Assembly (NCBI GenBank): GCA_014905635.1
Contig: JABVCE010000002.1
Location: 744,001-808,000 of the forward strand
DNA length: 64,000 bases
Direction of reading: 5' to 3'
DNA from: Scenedesmus sp. PABB004
Lineage: Eukaryota
In this document: positions 13,351 through 26,536 of the stretch, in pieces
Layout of the letters: the number at the start of each line of letters is the position of its first letter
Numbering within the stretch: the first letter of the stretch is position 1
Notes under the pieces: generated by a model
What the model was told of the DNA's origin: nothing
Seen by the model: the letters and a program-made list of their open reading frames with translations, nothing else
Database searches by the model: none
Program-made: the position numbers and the translations under genes

Positions 13351-15088
13351 TCAGCGCGCCGCTGCGGCGCTGCCTGCTCGCGCGGTCGCGAGCGCGGGCG
13401 GCGCGGCCTTGGCGCCGTGCTGGAACTGGCGCGTGATCGCCTTGGCCTTGGGGAGGTCCCACCACGGCGCGTAGGGCCAGCGGTGGTGCTCCTGCGCGCA
13501 CGCGCGGCGTCGGCGTCGGCGCACGCGCCCGCGCACGCGCTCGTGCACGCGCCGCCCGCGCGCCTGGCGCGCGCCGCAGCGGCGCGCCGCGCGTGCTGGC
13601 AGGCAGCGGCGCGGCCTCACCCAGTGCAGGCCAAAGTGGTAGCACTTGAGGAAGGTGAGCCACGCGGGGTCGTCGCTCGAGTGGCTGCGCTGCCAGTGCA
13701 TGACCTCGCCCGCGTCGGACGGCAGGTGCGGCAGGTAGCTGCGGCGGGCGCGAGGGCGCGCGGGCGCGCGGGCGCGCGGCGCGGGCGCGGGCGTGGGCGC
13801 GTGGGCGCGTGCCCCGCGCGTGCCGCGCGCGCGCGCCGCCAGCCAGCAGCGTGCCAGCGCCTGCCGCCCTCCCGCCGCGCTGGCGGCAGCACCAGCGAGC
13901 CCTCCCGGACGCCCCGAGTGCGCGCTCGTGCGCGCGAGCGCACGTTCCAAAGTAGAAGAGCCTGAAGGCGGCCAGGATGGGCGCGGCGGCCATGTAGACG
14001 CAGAGGTTGGCGTACGGCACGCCGCCGACGCGCTGGAGCAGGGTGGAGGCGAGGAAGATCTTGGCAAACTGCAGCAGCGTGGAGTACTCGAGCATGAACC
14101 TGCACGGGCGGGGGGGGGGAGGGCGAGAGCGGCAGGTCGGCCGGTGAGGGAGAGGGAGGACGGGTGAGGGAGAGGGAGGGCGGGCGGCGCACGCGGGCGG
14201 GCGGCAGCGCGGCGGCGGCGGGCGGCGGCGGCGGCGGCGCGCGCGCGCGGCGCGCGGCGGCACGCACTGCGCGAACCACACGGCGATGTGTGGGTTGCCG
14301 CGGTGGAAGTCGGGGTCGCGCCCCGGCTGGCCGGTGTGGTTGTGGTGGGCCCAGTGGTTGCGGTGCAGCATGTCGTAGTCAAACCTGCCGCGGCGGCGGC
14401 GCCCCGGCGCACGGCGGCGAGCGCGGCGGTGAGCGCGGCGGTGGCGGCCGGCGCGGCGTGCGGTGTGCGGCGTGCGGCGTGCGGCGGCGGCGCACCAGGC
14501 GTAGAGGCTGATCGCGACGCGCCCGATCGCGTCGTTCAGCGCCCGGCTGCGGTAGCAGACCGTGCCGTGCATCGCGTCGTGCGTGGTGATGAACAGCCCC
14601 GTCGCCACAAACTCGATTGCCAGGAACGTGCAGCTCACGTCGGCCCAGTGCGCCCAGCCCCACGGCGCGCCGCCCGGCGCGCGCGGCGTGAGCTGCACCT
14701 GCCAGTACGCGTGGTAGCACAGCGCGAGCCACGCAGCGATGAGCCCCAGCGCGATGGACACGCCCTTCACGTCGTCGCGCGGCGGCCTGCGTCGCCGCGC
14801 GGGCGGCGCGGCGGCGGCGGCGGCGCGCTCGCGCCAGGCCCGGCCGCCGACTCGCGCGGCGCCCGGCGCCGCGCGGCGCGTGCTCGCAGCCCCCCGGCCG
14901 CACTTGTAGAGGCCCTTGACCTCGGGCAGGCTGCCCTCGACGCGCTCGTCGGGCAGCGGGTACTGCTGCGCCCACTTGGCGACGGCGGCGACGGCAGCGT
15001 CGGCGTCGGCGGCGCCGCCCGGCGCGTCCGGCTGCCGCTGCGGCTGCGGCTGCTGGGTCGCCTCGCGCGGGGCGTCTACGGGCGCCAT
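13351..15088 (-). CDS. BKT: beta-carotene ketolase (CrtW-type), complete copy
   Basis: His boxes TGLFITTHDAMHG, HWAHHNHTG..DPDFHRGNP, CYHFGLHWEHHRWPYAPWW, plus AAAPILAAFRLFYFGTYLPH. Confidence 0.93.
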
Positions 15089-15414
15089 GGGGCCCAGCAG
15101 GGCGACGCCCGCGGCTGCCGGTCGCCGCAGCGACAGTCGTTGGCCGCTGCTGGCCACACGCGGTGCGGACGCCCCTGCGCCGCCCCGCAGCCGCTGCGAC
15201 TGCGCCCCCGGCAACGTGAAGCTGGCGTCGTCGGTCGGCGTGGCCGCCGCCCGGCGCGTGACGCGGGCTGCTCTGCCGGCGGGCGTGCGTGGGTGCGGCG
15301 TTGTCGGCGCACGGCGGCCGACGCTTCAGTGCGGGGGGCTCGTCTCGCCGGCTGCGCACCGCGCTTGCACTGGCTGCAGCGTTGCCGGCTCACCGTGCTG
15401 CCCGCGTCGGTGCG

Positions 15415-17126
15415 TCACGCGGCCGCAGCACCGCGCCTGGGACCCTCAACCCCGCCCGCGAGCGTCTCGTCCAGCAGCTCGGCGGCGGCGCCCAGCAGGC
15501 GCGCGCGCTCCAGCCGGTACGCCAGCGCCGCGCGCCGGCGCGGCGGCAGCCCGCCGCGCGCCAGCTCGGCCTCGTCGGCGGCGGCGCTCGCCGGCGCCGC
15601 GGCGAGCTGCGCGCGCACGTCGGCGAGCAGCCCTGTGGCTGCCGCGCGCGTGCTCGCGGCCGTCACTCGCCTGCGCTGCTCCAGGTTGCGCCAGCCCGCA
15701 GCGCAGAGCACCGACGCCAGCGCCGCGCCGACGCGCGCCGCGGCGGCGGCGTCGCCCGCGGCGTCGGCGCGCCGCCTCAGCCGCGCGGCGGCGGCCTTGG
15801 CGGGGCCGTGCGCCATCCAGGAGGCCGCCCCAGGTGCCTGCTGCTGCTGCTGCTGCTGCTGCGCAAAGGCCGCAAACTCAACGCGGTCGAGTGCGTTGCC
15901 TTGCAATGTGAAGCCATACTGCTCCATCAGTGCCCTGTGGCGGGGCAGAGGCGGCGGCGGCAGCGGCGGTGGCGGCGGGGACAAGGGAGGGGGTGCGCGT
16001 GTGGGGGTGGAGGGGGGGGGGCAGGCGCGCGCAGGGCGGGCGTCCCTCGCTCTCCGCCGCGCCGCCGCCGCACCGATTGTCCTTGTCGCCGTAGGTGATG
16101 AGCGCCTCACACAGCTCGCCGCCGCTGCCGCCGCCGCCGCTGCCGCCGCACCACGTGAGCGTGAAGGTGCCGTCCGCAGCGTCGACGCCATGCTGGCAGC
16201 ACGGCGCGCTCGCGTGGTTTGCGAGGTCGAGCACGGGCACGAGGCCGACGAGCGCCGCAGGCCCCGACGCAGCAGCGCCGCCGTCGCCCCGCGCGCGCAG
16301 CAGCCCCGGCGACGTCGCCTGGGGGGCGCGGTGTGGGCGGGGCCCGCGGCCGGTCAGCGCGCGGCCGGTCAGCGCGCGGCCGCGGCGCGGCGCAGCGTGC
16401 GGCGACGCGCTGGCAGCCCACAGCTTGGCGCACCCGGTCGACGCCGAACGCGCGGCTCTCCACCACCGCGACCGCCCACCGCCAGTGATCGAGGGTGCAG
16501 CCCAGGCACGGCGCGACCGCGGCGGCGTGCGCGTGCTGCACGGCGCGTTGCCACGCCGCCGCGGTCGCCGCGAGCGGTGGGTCGTGCAGCTCCGCCAGCT
16601 CGGCTTGCCGCCACAGCAGCAGCAAGGACAGCTGCTCCGCGCGCGGCAGCAGCGCCGTGAAGTCCCGCCAGAAGTCGCCGAGCGCGTCGCCGCGCGGCAG
16701 GCGGAGCGCCCAGACCAGCAGCGCCGCGACCTGGAGCTCCCACTCCGCGCACGCCGGGTGCGCCAGCAGGCGCGCCAGGCCGGCCGGTGCAGCAGCCGGC
16801 GCTCCCGGTGAGGCGCCCGGGATGGTGGTGCTGAGGACAAGGCGCAGCGGCACGGCGGCCAGCCGCGTCGCGCCGCCGCCGGCGTCGCCGTGCGGGCGCC
16901 GCCAGTGCAGGCCCTGGCCCCAGGGCCCCGCCACCACCTCGAGCGTGGGGTGGAGCGCGATGCCGTGCTCAGCGGCGATGGCGCGCAGCGTGGCCGTGCC
17001 CGGCGCGGCAGCGGCGGCGGCGGCGCGGCAGCGCGCCACCGGCTCGGCGGTGGGGCGCAGGCGTGCTGCAGATCGGAGCAGCATCTTCCTCAGAGGGGCA
17101 ATCGACCACTGGGCGCTGCGCGGCAT
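15415..17126 (-). CDS. SET-domain (Rubisco LSMT/SETD-like) lysine methyltransferase, copy 1
   Basis: GPWGQGL, WRWAVAVVESRAF, LVPVLDLANHAS, ALITYGDKDNRALMEQYGF. Confidence 0.82.
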
Positions 17127-17216
17127 CGGAGCAGCCCTGGGTGCGCGGCGGTTCGTCAAAGACGACGACGCAGCGTCGCGACCGGCATCCGCTCCAGCAC
17201 GTCGAGTCGACCGCGC

Positions 17217-17655
17217 GCGCGCGGCGCGGGCGCGGGCGTGGGCGCGTGGGCGCGTGCCCCGCGCGTGCCGCGCGCGCGCGCCGCCAGCCAGCAGCGTGCC
17301 AGCGCCTGCCGCCCTCCCGCCGCGCTGGCGGCAGCACCAGCGAGCCCTCCCGGACGCCCCGAGTGCGCGCTCGTGCGCGCGAGCGCACGTTCCAAAGTAG
17401 AAGAGCCTGAAGGCGGCCAGGATGGGCGCGGCGGCCATGTAGACGCAGAGGTTGGCGTACGGCACGCCGCCGACGCGCTGGAGCAGGGTGGAGGCGAGGA
17501 AGATCTTGGCAAACTGCAGCAGCGTGGAGTACTCGAGCATGAACCTGCACGGGCGGGGGAGGGGGGAGGGCGAGAGCGGCAGGTCGGCCGGTGAGGGAGA
17601 GGGAGGACGGGTGAGGGAGAGGGAGGGCGGGCGGCGCACGCGGGCGGGCGGCAGC

Positions 17656-17686
<31 letters not shown>

Positions 17687-18535
17687 GCGCGGCGGCGCGC
17701 GCGGCGGCACGCACTGCGCGAACCACACGGCGATGTGTGGGTTGCCGCGGTGGAAGTCGGGGTCGCGCCCCGGCTGGCCGGTGTGGTTGTGGTGGGCCCA
17801 GTGGTTGCGGTGCAGCATGTCGTAGTCAAACCTGCCGCGGCGGCGGCGCCCCGGCGCACGGCGGCGAGCGCGGCGGTGAGCGCGGCGGTGGCGGCCGGCG
17901 CGGCGTGCGGTGTGCGGCGTGCGGCGTGCGGCGGCGGCGCACCAGGCGTAGAGGCTGATCGCGACGCGCCCGATCGCGTCGTTCAGCGCCCGGCTGCGGT
18001 AGCAGACCGTGCCGTGCATCGCGTCGTGCGTGGTGATGAACAGCCCCGTCGCCACAAACTCGATTGCCAGGAACGTGCAGCTCACGTCGGCCCAGTGCGC
18101 CCAGCCCCACGGCGCGCCGCCCGGCGCGCGCGGCGTGAGCTGCACCTGCCAGTACGCGTGGTAGCACAGCGCGAGCCACGCAGCGATGAGCCCCAGCGCG
18201 ATGGACACGCCCTTCACGTCGTCGCGCGGCGGCCTGCGTCGCCGCGCGGGCGGCGCGGCGGCGGCGGCGGCGCGCTCGCGCCAGGCCCGGCCGCCGACTC
18301 GCGCGGCGCCCGGCGCCGCGCGGCGCGTGCTCGCAGCCCCCCGGCCGCACTTGTAGAGGCCCTTGACCTCGGGCAGGCTGCCCTCGACGCGCTCGTCGGG
18401 CAGCGGGTACTGCTGCGCCCACTTGGCGACGGCGGCGACGGCAGCGTCGGCGTCGGCGGCGCCGCCCGGCGCGTCCGGCTGCCGCTGCGGCTGCGGCTGC
18501 TGGGTCGCCTCGCGCGGGGCGTCTACGGGCGCCAT
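17217..18535 (-). pseudogene. BKT: 3'-truncated BKT copy lacking the last exons and third His box
   Basis: Identical to BKT through ..RLFYFGT, then the intron ends at the duplication junction. Confidence 0.85.
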
Positions 18536-18861
18536 GGGGCCCAGCAGGGCGACGCCCGCGGCTGCCGGTCGCCGCAGCGACAGTCGTTGGCCGCTGCTGG
18601 CCACACGCGGTGCGGACGCCCCTGCGCCGCCCCGCAGCCGCTGCGACTGCGCCCCCGGCAACGTGAAGCTGGCGTCGTCGGTCGGCGTGGCCGCCGCCCG
18701 GCGCGTGACGCGGGCTGCTCTGCCGGCGGGCGTGCGTGGGTGCGGCGTTGTCGGCGCACGGCGGCCGACGCTTCAGTGCGGGGGGCTCGTCTCGCCGGCT
18801 GCGCACCGCGCTTGCACTGGCTGCAGCGTTGCCGGCTCACCGTGCTGCCCGCGTCGGTGCG

Positions 18862-20571
18862 TCACGCGGCCGCAGCACCGCGCCTGGGACCCTCAACCCC
18901 GCCCGCGAGCGTCTCGTCCAGCAGCTCGGCGGCGGCGCCCAGCAGGCGCGCGCGCTCCAGCCGGTACGCCAGCGCCGCGCGCCGGCGCGGCGGCAGCCCG
19001 CCGCGCGCCAGCTCGGCCTCGTCGGCGGCGGCGCTCGCCGGCGCCGCGGCGAGCTGCGCGCGCACGTCGGCGAGCAGCCCTGTGGCTGCCGCGCGCGTGC
19101 TCGCGGCCGTCACTCGCCTGCGCTGCTCCAGGTTGCGCCAGCCCGCAGCGCAGAGCACCGACGCCAGCGCCGCGCCGACGCGCGCCGCGGCGGCGGCGTC
19201 GCCCGCGGCGTCGGCGCGCCGCCTCAGCCGCGCGGCGGCGGCCTTGGCGGGGCCGTGCGCCATCCAGGAGGCCGCCCCAGGTGCCTGCTGCTGCTGCTGC
19301 TGCTGCTGCGCAAAGGCCGCAAACTCAACGCGGTCGAGTGCGTTGCCTTGCAATGTGAAGCCATACTGCTCCATCAGTGCCCTGTGGCGGGGCAGAGGCG
19401 GCGGCGGCAGCGGCGGTGGCGGCGGGGACAAGGGAGGGGGTGCGCGTGTGGGGGTGGAGGGGGGGGCAGGCGCGCGCAGGGCGGGCGTCCCTCGCTCTCC
19501 GCCGCGCCGCCGCCGCACCGATTGTCCTTGTCGCCGTAGGTGATGAGCGCCTCACACAGCTCGCCGCCGCTGCCGCCGCCGCCGCTGCCGCCGCACCACG
19601 TGAGCGTGAAGGTGCCGTCCGCAGCGTCGACGCCATGCTGGCAGCACGGCGCGCTCGCGTGGTTTGCGAGGTCGAGCACGGGCACGAGGCCGACGAGCGC
19701 CGCAGGCCCCGACGCAGCAGCGCCGCCGTCGCCCCGCGCGCGCAGCAGCCCCGGCGACGTCGCCTGGGGGGCGCGGTGTGGGCGGGGCCCGCGGCCGGTC
19801 AGCGCGCGGCCGGTCAGCGCGCGGCCGCGGCGCGGCGCAGCGTGCGGCGACGCGCTGGCAGCCCACAGCTTGGCGCACCCGGTCGACGCCGAACGCGCGG
19901 CTCTCCACCACCGCGACCGCCCACCGCCAGTGATCGAGGGTGCAGCCCAGGCACGGCGCGACCGCGGCGGCGTGCGCGTGCTGCACGGCGCGTTGCCACG
20001 CCGCCGCGGTCGCCGCGAGCGGTGGGTCGTGCAGCTCCGCCAGCTCGGCTTGCCGCCACAGCAGCAGCAAGGACAGCTGCTCCGCGCGCGGCAGCAGCGC
20101 CGTGAAGTCCCGCCAGAAGTCGCCGAGCGCGTCGCCGCGCGGCAGGCGGAGCGCCCAGACCAGCAGCGCCGCGACCTGGAGCTCCCACTCCGCGCACGCC
20201 GGGTGCGCCAGCAGGCGCGCCAGGCCGGCCGGTGCAGCAGCCGGCGCTCCCGGTGAGGCGCCCGGGATGGTGGTGCTGAGGACAAGGCGCAGCGGCACGG
20301 CGGCCAGCCGCGTCGCGCCGCCGCCGGCGTCGCCGTGCGGGCGCCGCCAGTGCAGGCCCTGGCCCCAGGGCCCCGCCACCACCTCGAGCGTGGGGTGGAG
20401 CGCGATGCCGTGCTCAGCGGCGATGGCGCGCAGCGTGGCCGTGCCCGGCGCGGCAGCGGCGGCGGCGGCGCGGCAGCGCGCCACCGGCTCGGCGGTGGGG
20501 CGCAGGCGTGCTGCAGATCGGAGCAGCATCTTCCTCAGAGGGGCAATCGACCACTGGGCGCTGCGCGGCAT
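18862..20571 (-). CDS. SET-domain lysine methyltransferase, copy 2
   Basis: Duplicate of 15415-17126, retaining its native upstream region. Confidence 0.82.
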
Positions 20572-20777
20572 CGGAGCAGCCCTGGGTGCGCGGCGGTTCG
20601 TCAAAGACGACGACGCAGCGTCGCGACCGGCATCCGCTCCAGCACGTCGAGTCGACGCGCGCCCGCAGCAGTCTCCTCAGCTCGGGCGCCTTTCATCCGG
20701 CACCAGCGCCCGGCCCCACGTCGGGGCGCGCACGTCCGCGGCAGCAGGCAGCAGCAGCGCACGGGGCGGTGCCCCCC

Positions 20778-22002
20778 ATGGCCGCCGCGTGCGCCGGCCG
20801 GCGGCTGGCGCCCGCCCTCCAGCCGCACGCGCCCGCGTGGCCGCGGCCTGCTCCCGCGCGGCGCGCGGCGCGGCGAGGCGCCAGGTGCCGCGCGCAGCAG
20901 GGCGGCGCCAGCGGCGCGCCCGCGCTGGCGGCGGGCTACGCGGCGCTCTCGGCGTCGTCGCTGCTGTTTGGCGCCGCCGCGCTGGCGGCGCCGGGGCCGC
21001 TGCTGTCGCTCGTGCTCGGCGTGGAGCCCGACGAGCTGAGCGTGTGCTTCACGCAGATCGCGGGCGCGACCATGGCAATCAGCGCGGCGGTCGAGTGGAG
21101 CCTGCGCGTGAGCTTGCGGGCCGCCCGCGCGCGCGGCGCTGCGACGCGGTCGCCAGCCGCCTGGCGCCAGGCGCCAGTCGGCAGGCGCCAGCAGTGCCGC
21201 CGCGTCCGCCGCGCCCGCGTCGCGCGCAGGAGGCGGTGCTGGCGGGCACCCTCGCAGGCTCGCCCGCGCACCGGCGGCTCATCTTGGCGGTGCTCGCCAA
21301 GTCGGCGGGCTACCTCGGGGCATTCCTCGCGGTGCGCGCGCGCACGCGACGCGGCTGGCGGCGGGCAGCTCGCGCGGCAGCGGCAGGCGCCCGGCGGCGG
21401 CGAGCGCGCGGCGCCACCCCGCTGCCGCGCCGCCCGCAGTCGCCTGGGCTGTGGACGCCCGCGCTCACAGCGCTGTACCCCTCGTCCGCGCTCGCGTCGC
21501 TCGCGATCAACGCCGCCGCGCTCTCGTCGCTCGGGGCGCGGCGGACGGGGGCGCGGCGGACGGGGGCGCGGCGCGCGGCCTGCCCCGGACCGCGGCCAGC
21601 GGCGCGTACGGCGCGTGCGTGCTGCTCTACGCTGCCACCGCGGCGGCCTGCCTCGCGCCCGAGGCCATCTTCACCGGCGCCGCGATGACGCCGGCCGCGC
21701 TGCTGCTCAAGCTCACGTGGGCGCCAGGCTTCCTGCTCTGCGGCGCCGCGTGCTGGGTGCTGGCGGCGCACGCCGACGACGGCCCCGCCGCCGCCACCGG
21801 CCTGGGCGCGAGCGCGGCGCGGCGCCTCAACCTCGGGCTGGCAGGCGTGGAGCTCGGCTATGCGGTCCTGTTCAGCCGCGCCATGGCGAGCGGCCTCGCC
21901 GCCGCCGACGCCGCGAGCGCGTCCAACCTCGCGGGCTCGGTGGCGATCGCCGCATTCTGCCTGTGGCAGGCCGCCGCGGGCGGGCGCGGGCGCGGCGAGT
22001 AA
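20778..22002 (+). CDS. hypothetical multi-TM protein, possible plastid transit peptide
   Basis: Arg/Ala-rich N-terminus, about 6-8 hydrophobic helices in two similar halves (..HRRLILAV / ..ARRLNLGL), GT-AG introns. Confidence 0.55.
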
Positions 22003-22011
22003 ACCTGCCCA

Positions 22012-22107
22012 GTCAACCCTGCCGCTCATGGCCGCCCAGCTGACCGCGCCGCGGCGCCGGTCAACCCTGCCGCTCCTGCCCGCCCAGCTGACCGCGCCGC
22101 GGCGCCG
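22012..22107 (+). repeat. 48-bp direct repeat x2
   Basis: gtcaaccctgccgctc[a/c]tg[g/c]ccgcccagctgaccgcgccgcggcgccg twice. Confidence 0.85.
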
Positions 22108-22189
22108 GACGCCCCCGCTCCTGCAGAGAGCTCCAGACGCAGCCCGCAGCAGCAGGCAGGCACACCGCCACTCGAACGACTGCGCCGCG

Positions 22190-23428
22190 ATGGCGCCACC
22201 GTGGCCTGCGACCGGCGCGCTGCTGGTCGTGCTGGCGCTGGCCGCGATTGCAAAGGCCGACGACGAGATGGTCGGCTGCTTTCGAAACGTGGTGTGGGAG
22301 GACGGCAGCCGGCCGTTCTCGGTCCTCGTGGCCAAACAAAGTGACATGACCCCGACTCTGTGCGGCGCCCTTGCGCGCACGCGTGGCGTTGCAGCCTACG
22401 CTCTGGAGTACGGGGAGGAGTGCTGGCTGGGTGCGTGCTGCGGCCGACCCGGTCAACGAGTTCGCCGCTGCTCCGTCCTCTGCCCACGCCCCGCCCTCCG
22501 AGCCCTGCCCTGCTGAACTGAGCAGCCAGCCGCCTGAGACGCAGCGCGCGCCGCCCCGCCCTCCCCTCGCGCGCAGACGGCTCCGGCGCGTCGCTGGCCA
22601 ACCTCACGCGCCTGCCTCCGACCCACGACACCGCGTGCGACATGCCGTGCACCGGCGACGCCAACATCACCTGCGGCGGCAACTGGCACGTTAACGTGTA
22701 CTCGATCGCGGGCCCGGTGGCGGCCGTCAACCTCACCGCGCCGCCCGGCGCCGTGGAGGAGCTCGGCTGCGTCTCGTACGCTGCGCAGCGGCGCCCCACG
22801 CACCGCGCGACGCACTGACGCCGCGCCGCGGCCGCACTCACGCCGCCGCACGCCACGCGCCACGCGCGCGCAGCGATTCGAACGACCGGCGCATGCGCCT
22901 GCTTTGGCGCAGCACGGACATGACGCACGAGCTCTGCCGCTCCATCGCCTACGCCGAGCGGTGGGGCCTCTTCGCGCTGCAGGCCGGCAACGAGTGCTTC
23001 GGCGGTGCGCCCGCGCGTGCGCGCCCGGCCGCCGACCGCGCCTGGCCGCCGACCGCCGACGCCCGCCCGCGCGCGCAGCCAACAACCTCACCCGCGCCAC
23101 GAGTCTGGGAAACTCCACGGGCTGCAACGAGATCTGCGCCGGCAACTCGACGCAGGACTGCGGCGGGCGCTTCGCAAACCTGCTGCGCGCCTTTGACCCG
23201 CCCCCCGTCGCCGCGCCCCCGTCGGACGTCCTCTTCCTCCTCTCCTCCAGCGACGCGGCGCTCGTGCCGGGCAGCAGCGGCAACGGCACCAGCGTCAACG
23301 GCACCGGCGCCGGCGACGGCGACGTGAGCGTGCCGACGCCGGCGCGCAACGGCGCGGCTGGTGCGGCCGCCGCCGCGGCGAGGAGCCTGCTCGCGGCCGC
23401 CACGCTCGCGGCCGCGCTGGCCGCATGA
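22190..23428 (+). CDS. secreted/GPI-like protein with two WSC domains
   Basis: Signal peptide; VGCF..MTPTLC..YALEYGEECW..CDMPCTGDANITCGG; LGC..MTHELC..FALQAGNECF..CNEICAGNSTQDCGG; hydrophobic C-terminal tail. Confidence 0.85.
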
Positions 23429-23889
23429 CCGCCCGGGCAGGGCAGCCGCGCGCGTGGCTGCCAGTTTTGACTCTGAGCTGATCGTCTGGGCGGGAAGCAC
23501 TGCCATCATAACGTTGACGGCGCGGTCCCCGTTGACTTGTGGCTGACTCGCGCGACACGTTGCACACGCGCGCGGCGCGCCGCCGCCGGCGCGCCCTCTC
23601 TGCACTGCACTGGCTCCGACGACCACCGCCCTCTCTGCACTGCCGGTGCGCCGCGGTTTTGCGGTTTTTCTTTTGCCGGCAGTCCACGAGCGGGCTGGTA
23701 AGACTCCCAGCAGATCGACGGCGCGGTGACGCTCTCTCTGTCCACAGACTCCTGCCCATCCGCCCCTGCGGGCAGGCCCGCGCCGCGCTGCCGCCGCTGC
23801 CGCCGCACTGCCGCCGCTGCCGCCGCGCTGCGGCCGCTGCTGCTCCACCTGCAGCGCGCCCAGGTCTCAGAGCTGCGTCTCGATCAGGC

Positions 23890-26152
23890 ATGGTGGGCGA
23901 AGCAGCGGCAGCAGCGACGGCGGCGGGCGGCGACGAAGCAGCAGCGGCGGGCGCGGGCGCGTCTCGAGCAGCAGAGGCGGCGCTCTCGGTCGTCCTGATG
24001 CACTCCGCCGTGGCACGCCACCAGCGGCTCGTGTGCAAGCTGCTGGCCACCAGCCGGGCGCTCCGAGCGGCGGCGCCGGAGCTGCTCGTAGGGCGCGTGC
24101 CGCTGGCGTGCACCGTTGTCAGCGATCGCGCCGCGCCCGCTGGCGAGGCCGCGCGGCACGCACAGCGGCTGTGCGCGTGGCTGCGGCGATTTGGCCGCGT
24201 CGGCGGCGAGCTGGCCGTGCGCTGCGCCGTGCCGTGCTGCCCGGCGGGCGACGACGGCCGCGAGCTGCTGGCGCGCGTGTCGGAGCTGCTCGACGCCCTC
24301 GCCAGCGCGGGGCCGCTGCGCCTGGCGGCGCTCGAGGCGTGCGCGTGCCAGCCGAGCCTGGCAGCGGGCTTGGGCGCGCGCGGCGCAACGGGCCTCACGC
24401 GGCTCGACCTGCACGCCCACGGCGGCACGGGCGAGCTGGGGCTGGACGGCCTGGGCGCGGCGTGCGCGGCGCTGCCGGGTCTGCGGGCGCTGAGCGTCTG
24501 CGCCGACCGCGACAGCGCGGCGGAGCGCTGCCGCGTCAACGCCGCGCTGCCGGGCCTGGCGGCCCTCACCCAGCTCACGGTGCGGCCGCGCCCGCGTCGC
24601 GCACAGCCGCGGCGGCAACGGAGGCGGTGCAGCGCCGGCAACTCATGCGCGAAGCCCACCATCCGCCCACCGTCCGCCATCCGTCACCGCCGCAGCGGCT
24701 GTCGCTTGACGCGCTCGCGCCGCCATGCCGCGGCGCTGAGGTGTGGCCGCACCTGCCGGCCAGCCTGGTGGAGCTGGACGTCCTGGTCACCAGCGAGTGG
24801 TGTGGCGATCGGGGGGAGGAGGAGCTTGAGGTTGAGCAGCCGCTGCTGGAGGTGGAGGACTGGGCAGGCTTTGACGCAGGCGGAGGCGCACAGCTGGCCG
24901 CGAGCCTGGGCGCGATGGAGCTGGGACAGGAGCAGCCACCGGCGCAGGCGGCGCAGCCGCCGCACCAGCCTCCGCAGCAGGCGGCCGAGGCGGGCGGCGG
25001 CGGCGCGTGGAGCGGGGATGGCGGCGCGCCGGCCCAGCCGCAGCTGGCGGCGCTCACGCGCCTCACGCGGCTGACGTGGGCCGCACGCACACTGGCCGTG
25101 GACGAGCCGCCGATCTTGCTGGGGCCAGGCACGGCGACGCCGCCCAGCCTGCGCAGCCTGACAACCACAAACCTGGACACAGTCGCGCTGCTGCTCGAGC
25201 AGTCGCCCGCCCTGGAGCGCCTGGAGCTCACGGTGGGCGGCCCAGTGACTCGCTGCGCCACAGCAGTGCGCTGCGGTTGGCTGCCGCTGTCGAGCCGCGC
25301 GCACGCGCCGCGACGCACCACCGTGCGCCACTGCAGGCGACCACGACCCCCGCGGAGGAGCTTGAGCGCCTGACCGCGCTGTCAGCGCTGTCCGAGGTTG
25401 CGCTCGCGCACCGCACCTCAGCGGAGGCCGCGCTCGCCGCAGCGCGCGCGTGGGCGGTGCTTCCGCTGCGGTCGCTCGGGCTGAACGTGCTGGACCTGGA
25501 GGGGTTTGGCCCCCCCGAGCACACGCTCAGCGCCGCACTGCTGGGCTGCCTGGCCCGGGCGAGTGCGCTGACGCGGCTGGAGCTCGAAAGCCTCACCGCC
25601 GACCCGGCGCTGCCCCGCCCGGCGGCGGCGCTCGCGCGCGTGCTGCGCGGGCTGACGGGCCTGCGCGCGCTGACGCTCGGCTCCCGGCGCGCCCTGGGCC
25701 TGCACGAGGGCCTGCCGGAGCTGCTCGGCGCGGCGGCGCGCCTGCCACGCCTGAAGCGGCTGCGCGTGGCCCTGCCCGGCCTGGGCGAGCCGGTTGCGAT
25801 GGAGGCGCTGTGCGGCGCGACGCGCCTGGCCACCCTGGGCGTCGACGGGCCGGCGCTGGGCCGCGCGCAGCTGCTGCAGCTCGCGGCACGACTTCCGCAG
25901 CTGCGGCGGCTGCGGCTGCGCCTCGCCGAGCCACTCGGCGACGCCGACGTGGCAGCCCTCGCCGACGGCCTGACCGAGCTCACCAGCCTCGAGCTGACGC
26001 TCCCGCAGCCGGGCAACGGGGGCGGCGGCGGCGGTGGCGGCGGCGCGAGCGATGCGGGCTGGCGGCGGCTGGCGCGCGTGCCGGGCCTGCACGTCGTCGA
26101 GCTGCACGGCGCGGCCCCGTCTGCGCAGCGCGCGGCGCGCGGGTACTGGTGA
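23890..26152 (+). CDS. RNI-like leucine-rich repeat protein
   Basis: Repeated LxxLxL motifs (LTRLDL, LRALSV, LTRLTRLTW, LERLEL, LTGLRALTL, LTELTSLEL). Confidence 0.65.
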
Positions 26153-26536
26153 TGCATACGCGGCGCCGGATTCAGGGTTGTTAAGCCTCCCGCGCAGCCC
26201 ACGCCGCGCAGACGATCGCCGGCCGGCGCCGCGCGGCACCGGGCTACTACTCGCCGCCACGAACAACGCTCGCCCCGCCCCGCCACCCGCCTGCGCCCCC
26301 CGGCCGCTGCTCTGCCCCGCCAGCCCCCCACGCACCCCGCCGCCCGCCGCAGCCGGCAGCTCGCGCCGCAGCAGCTGCTGGGCGCGCCGCCGCTGCCGCT
26401 CCCGCCGGCGCCCGCCGGCGCCGCGCCGCCGCCGCGCAGCCGCCCGCGCCGCCGGCGCACGCCGGCGCCGCTGCGGCGCAGCTGCCCAGCCGGCGCCGGC
26501 GCGGGCGCCGCTGCGCGGCCGTGCCCGGCTGGCCGC

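Larger units (their letters stand above)
13772..20661. repeat. ~3.45-kb tandem duplication (13772-17216 / 17217-20661)
   Basis: Sequence recurs at offset 3445-3447; ORF translations identical except near G/GCG runs. Confidence 0.95.
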
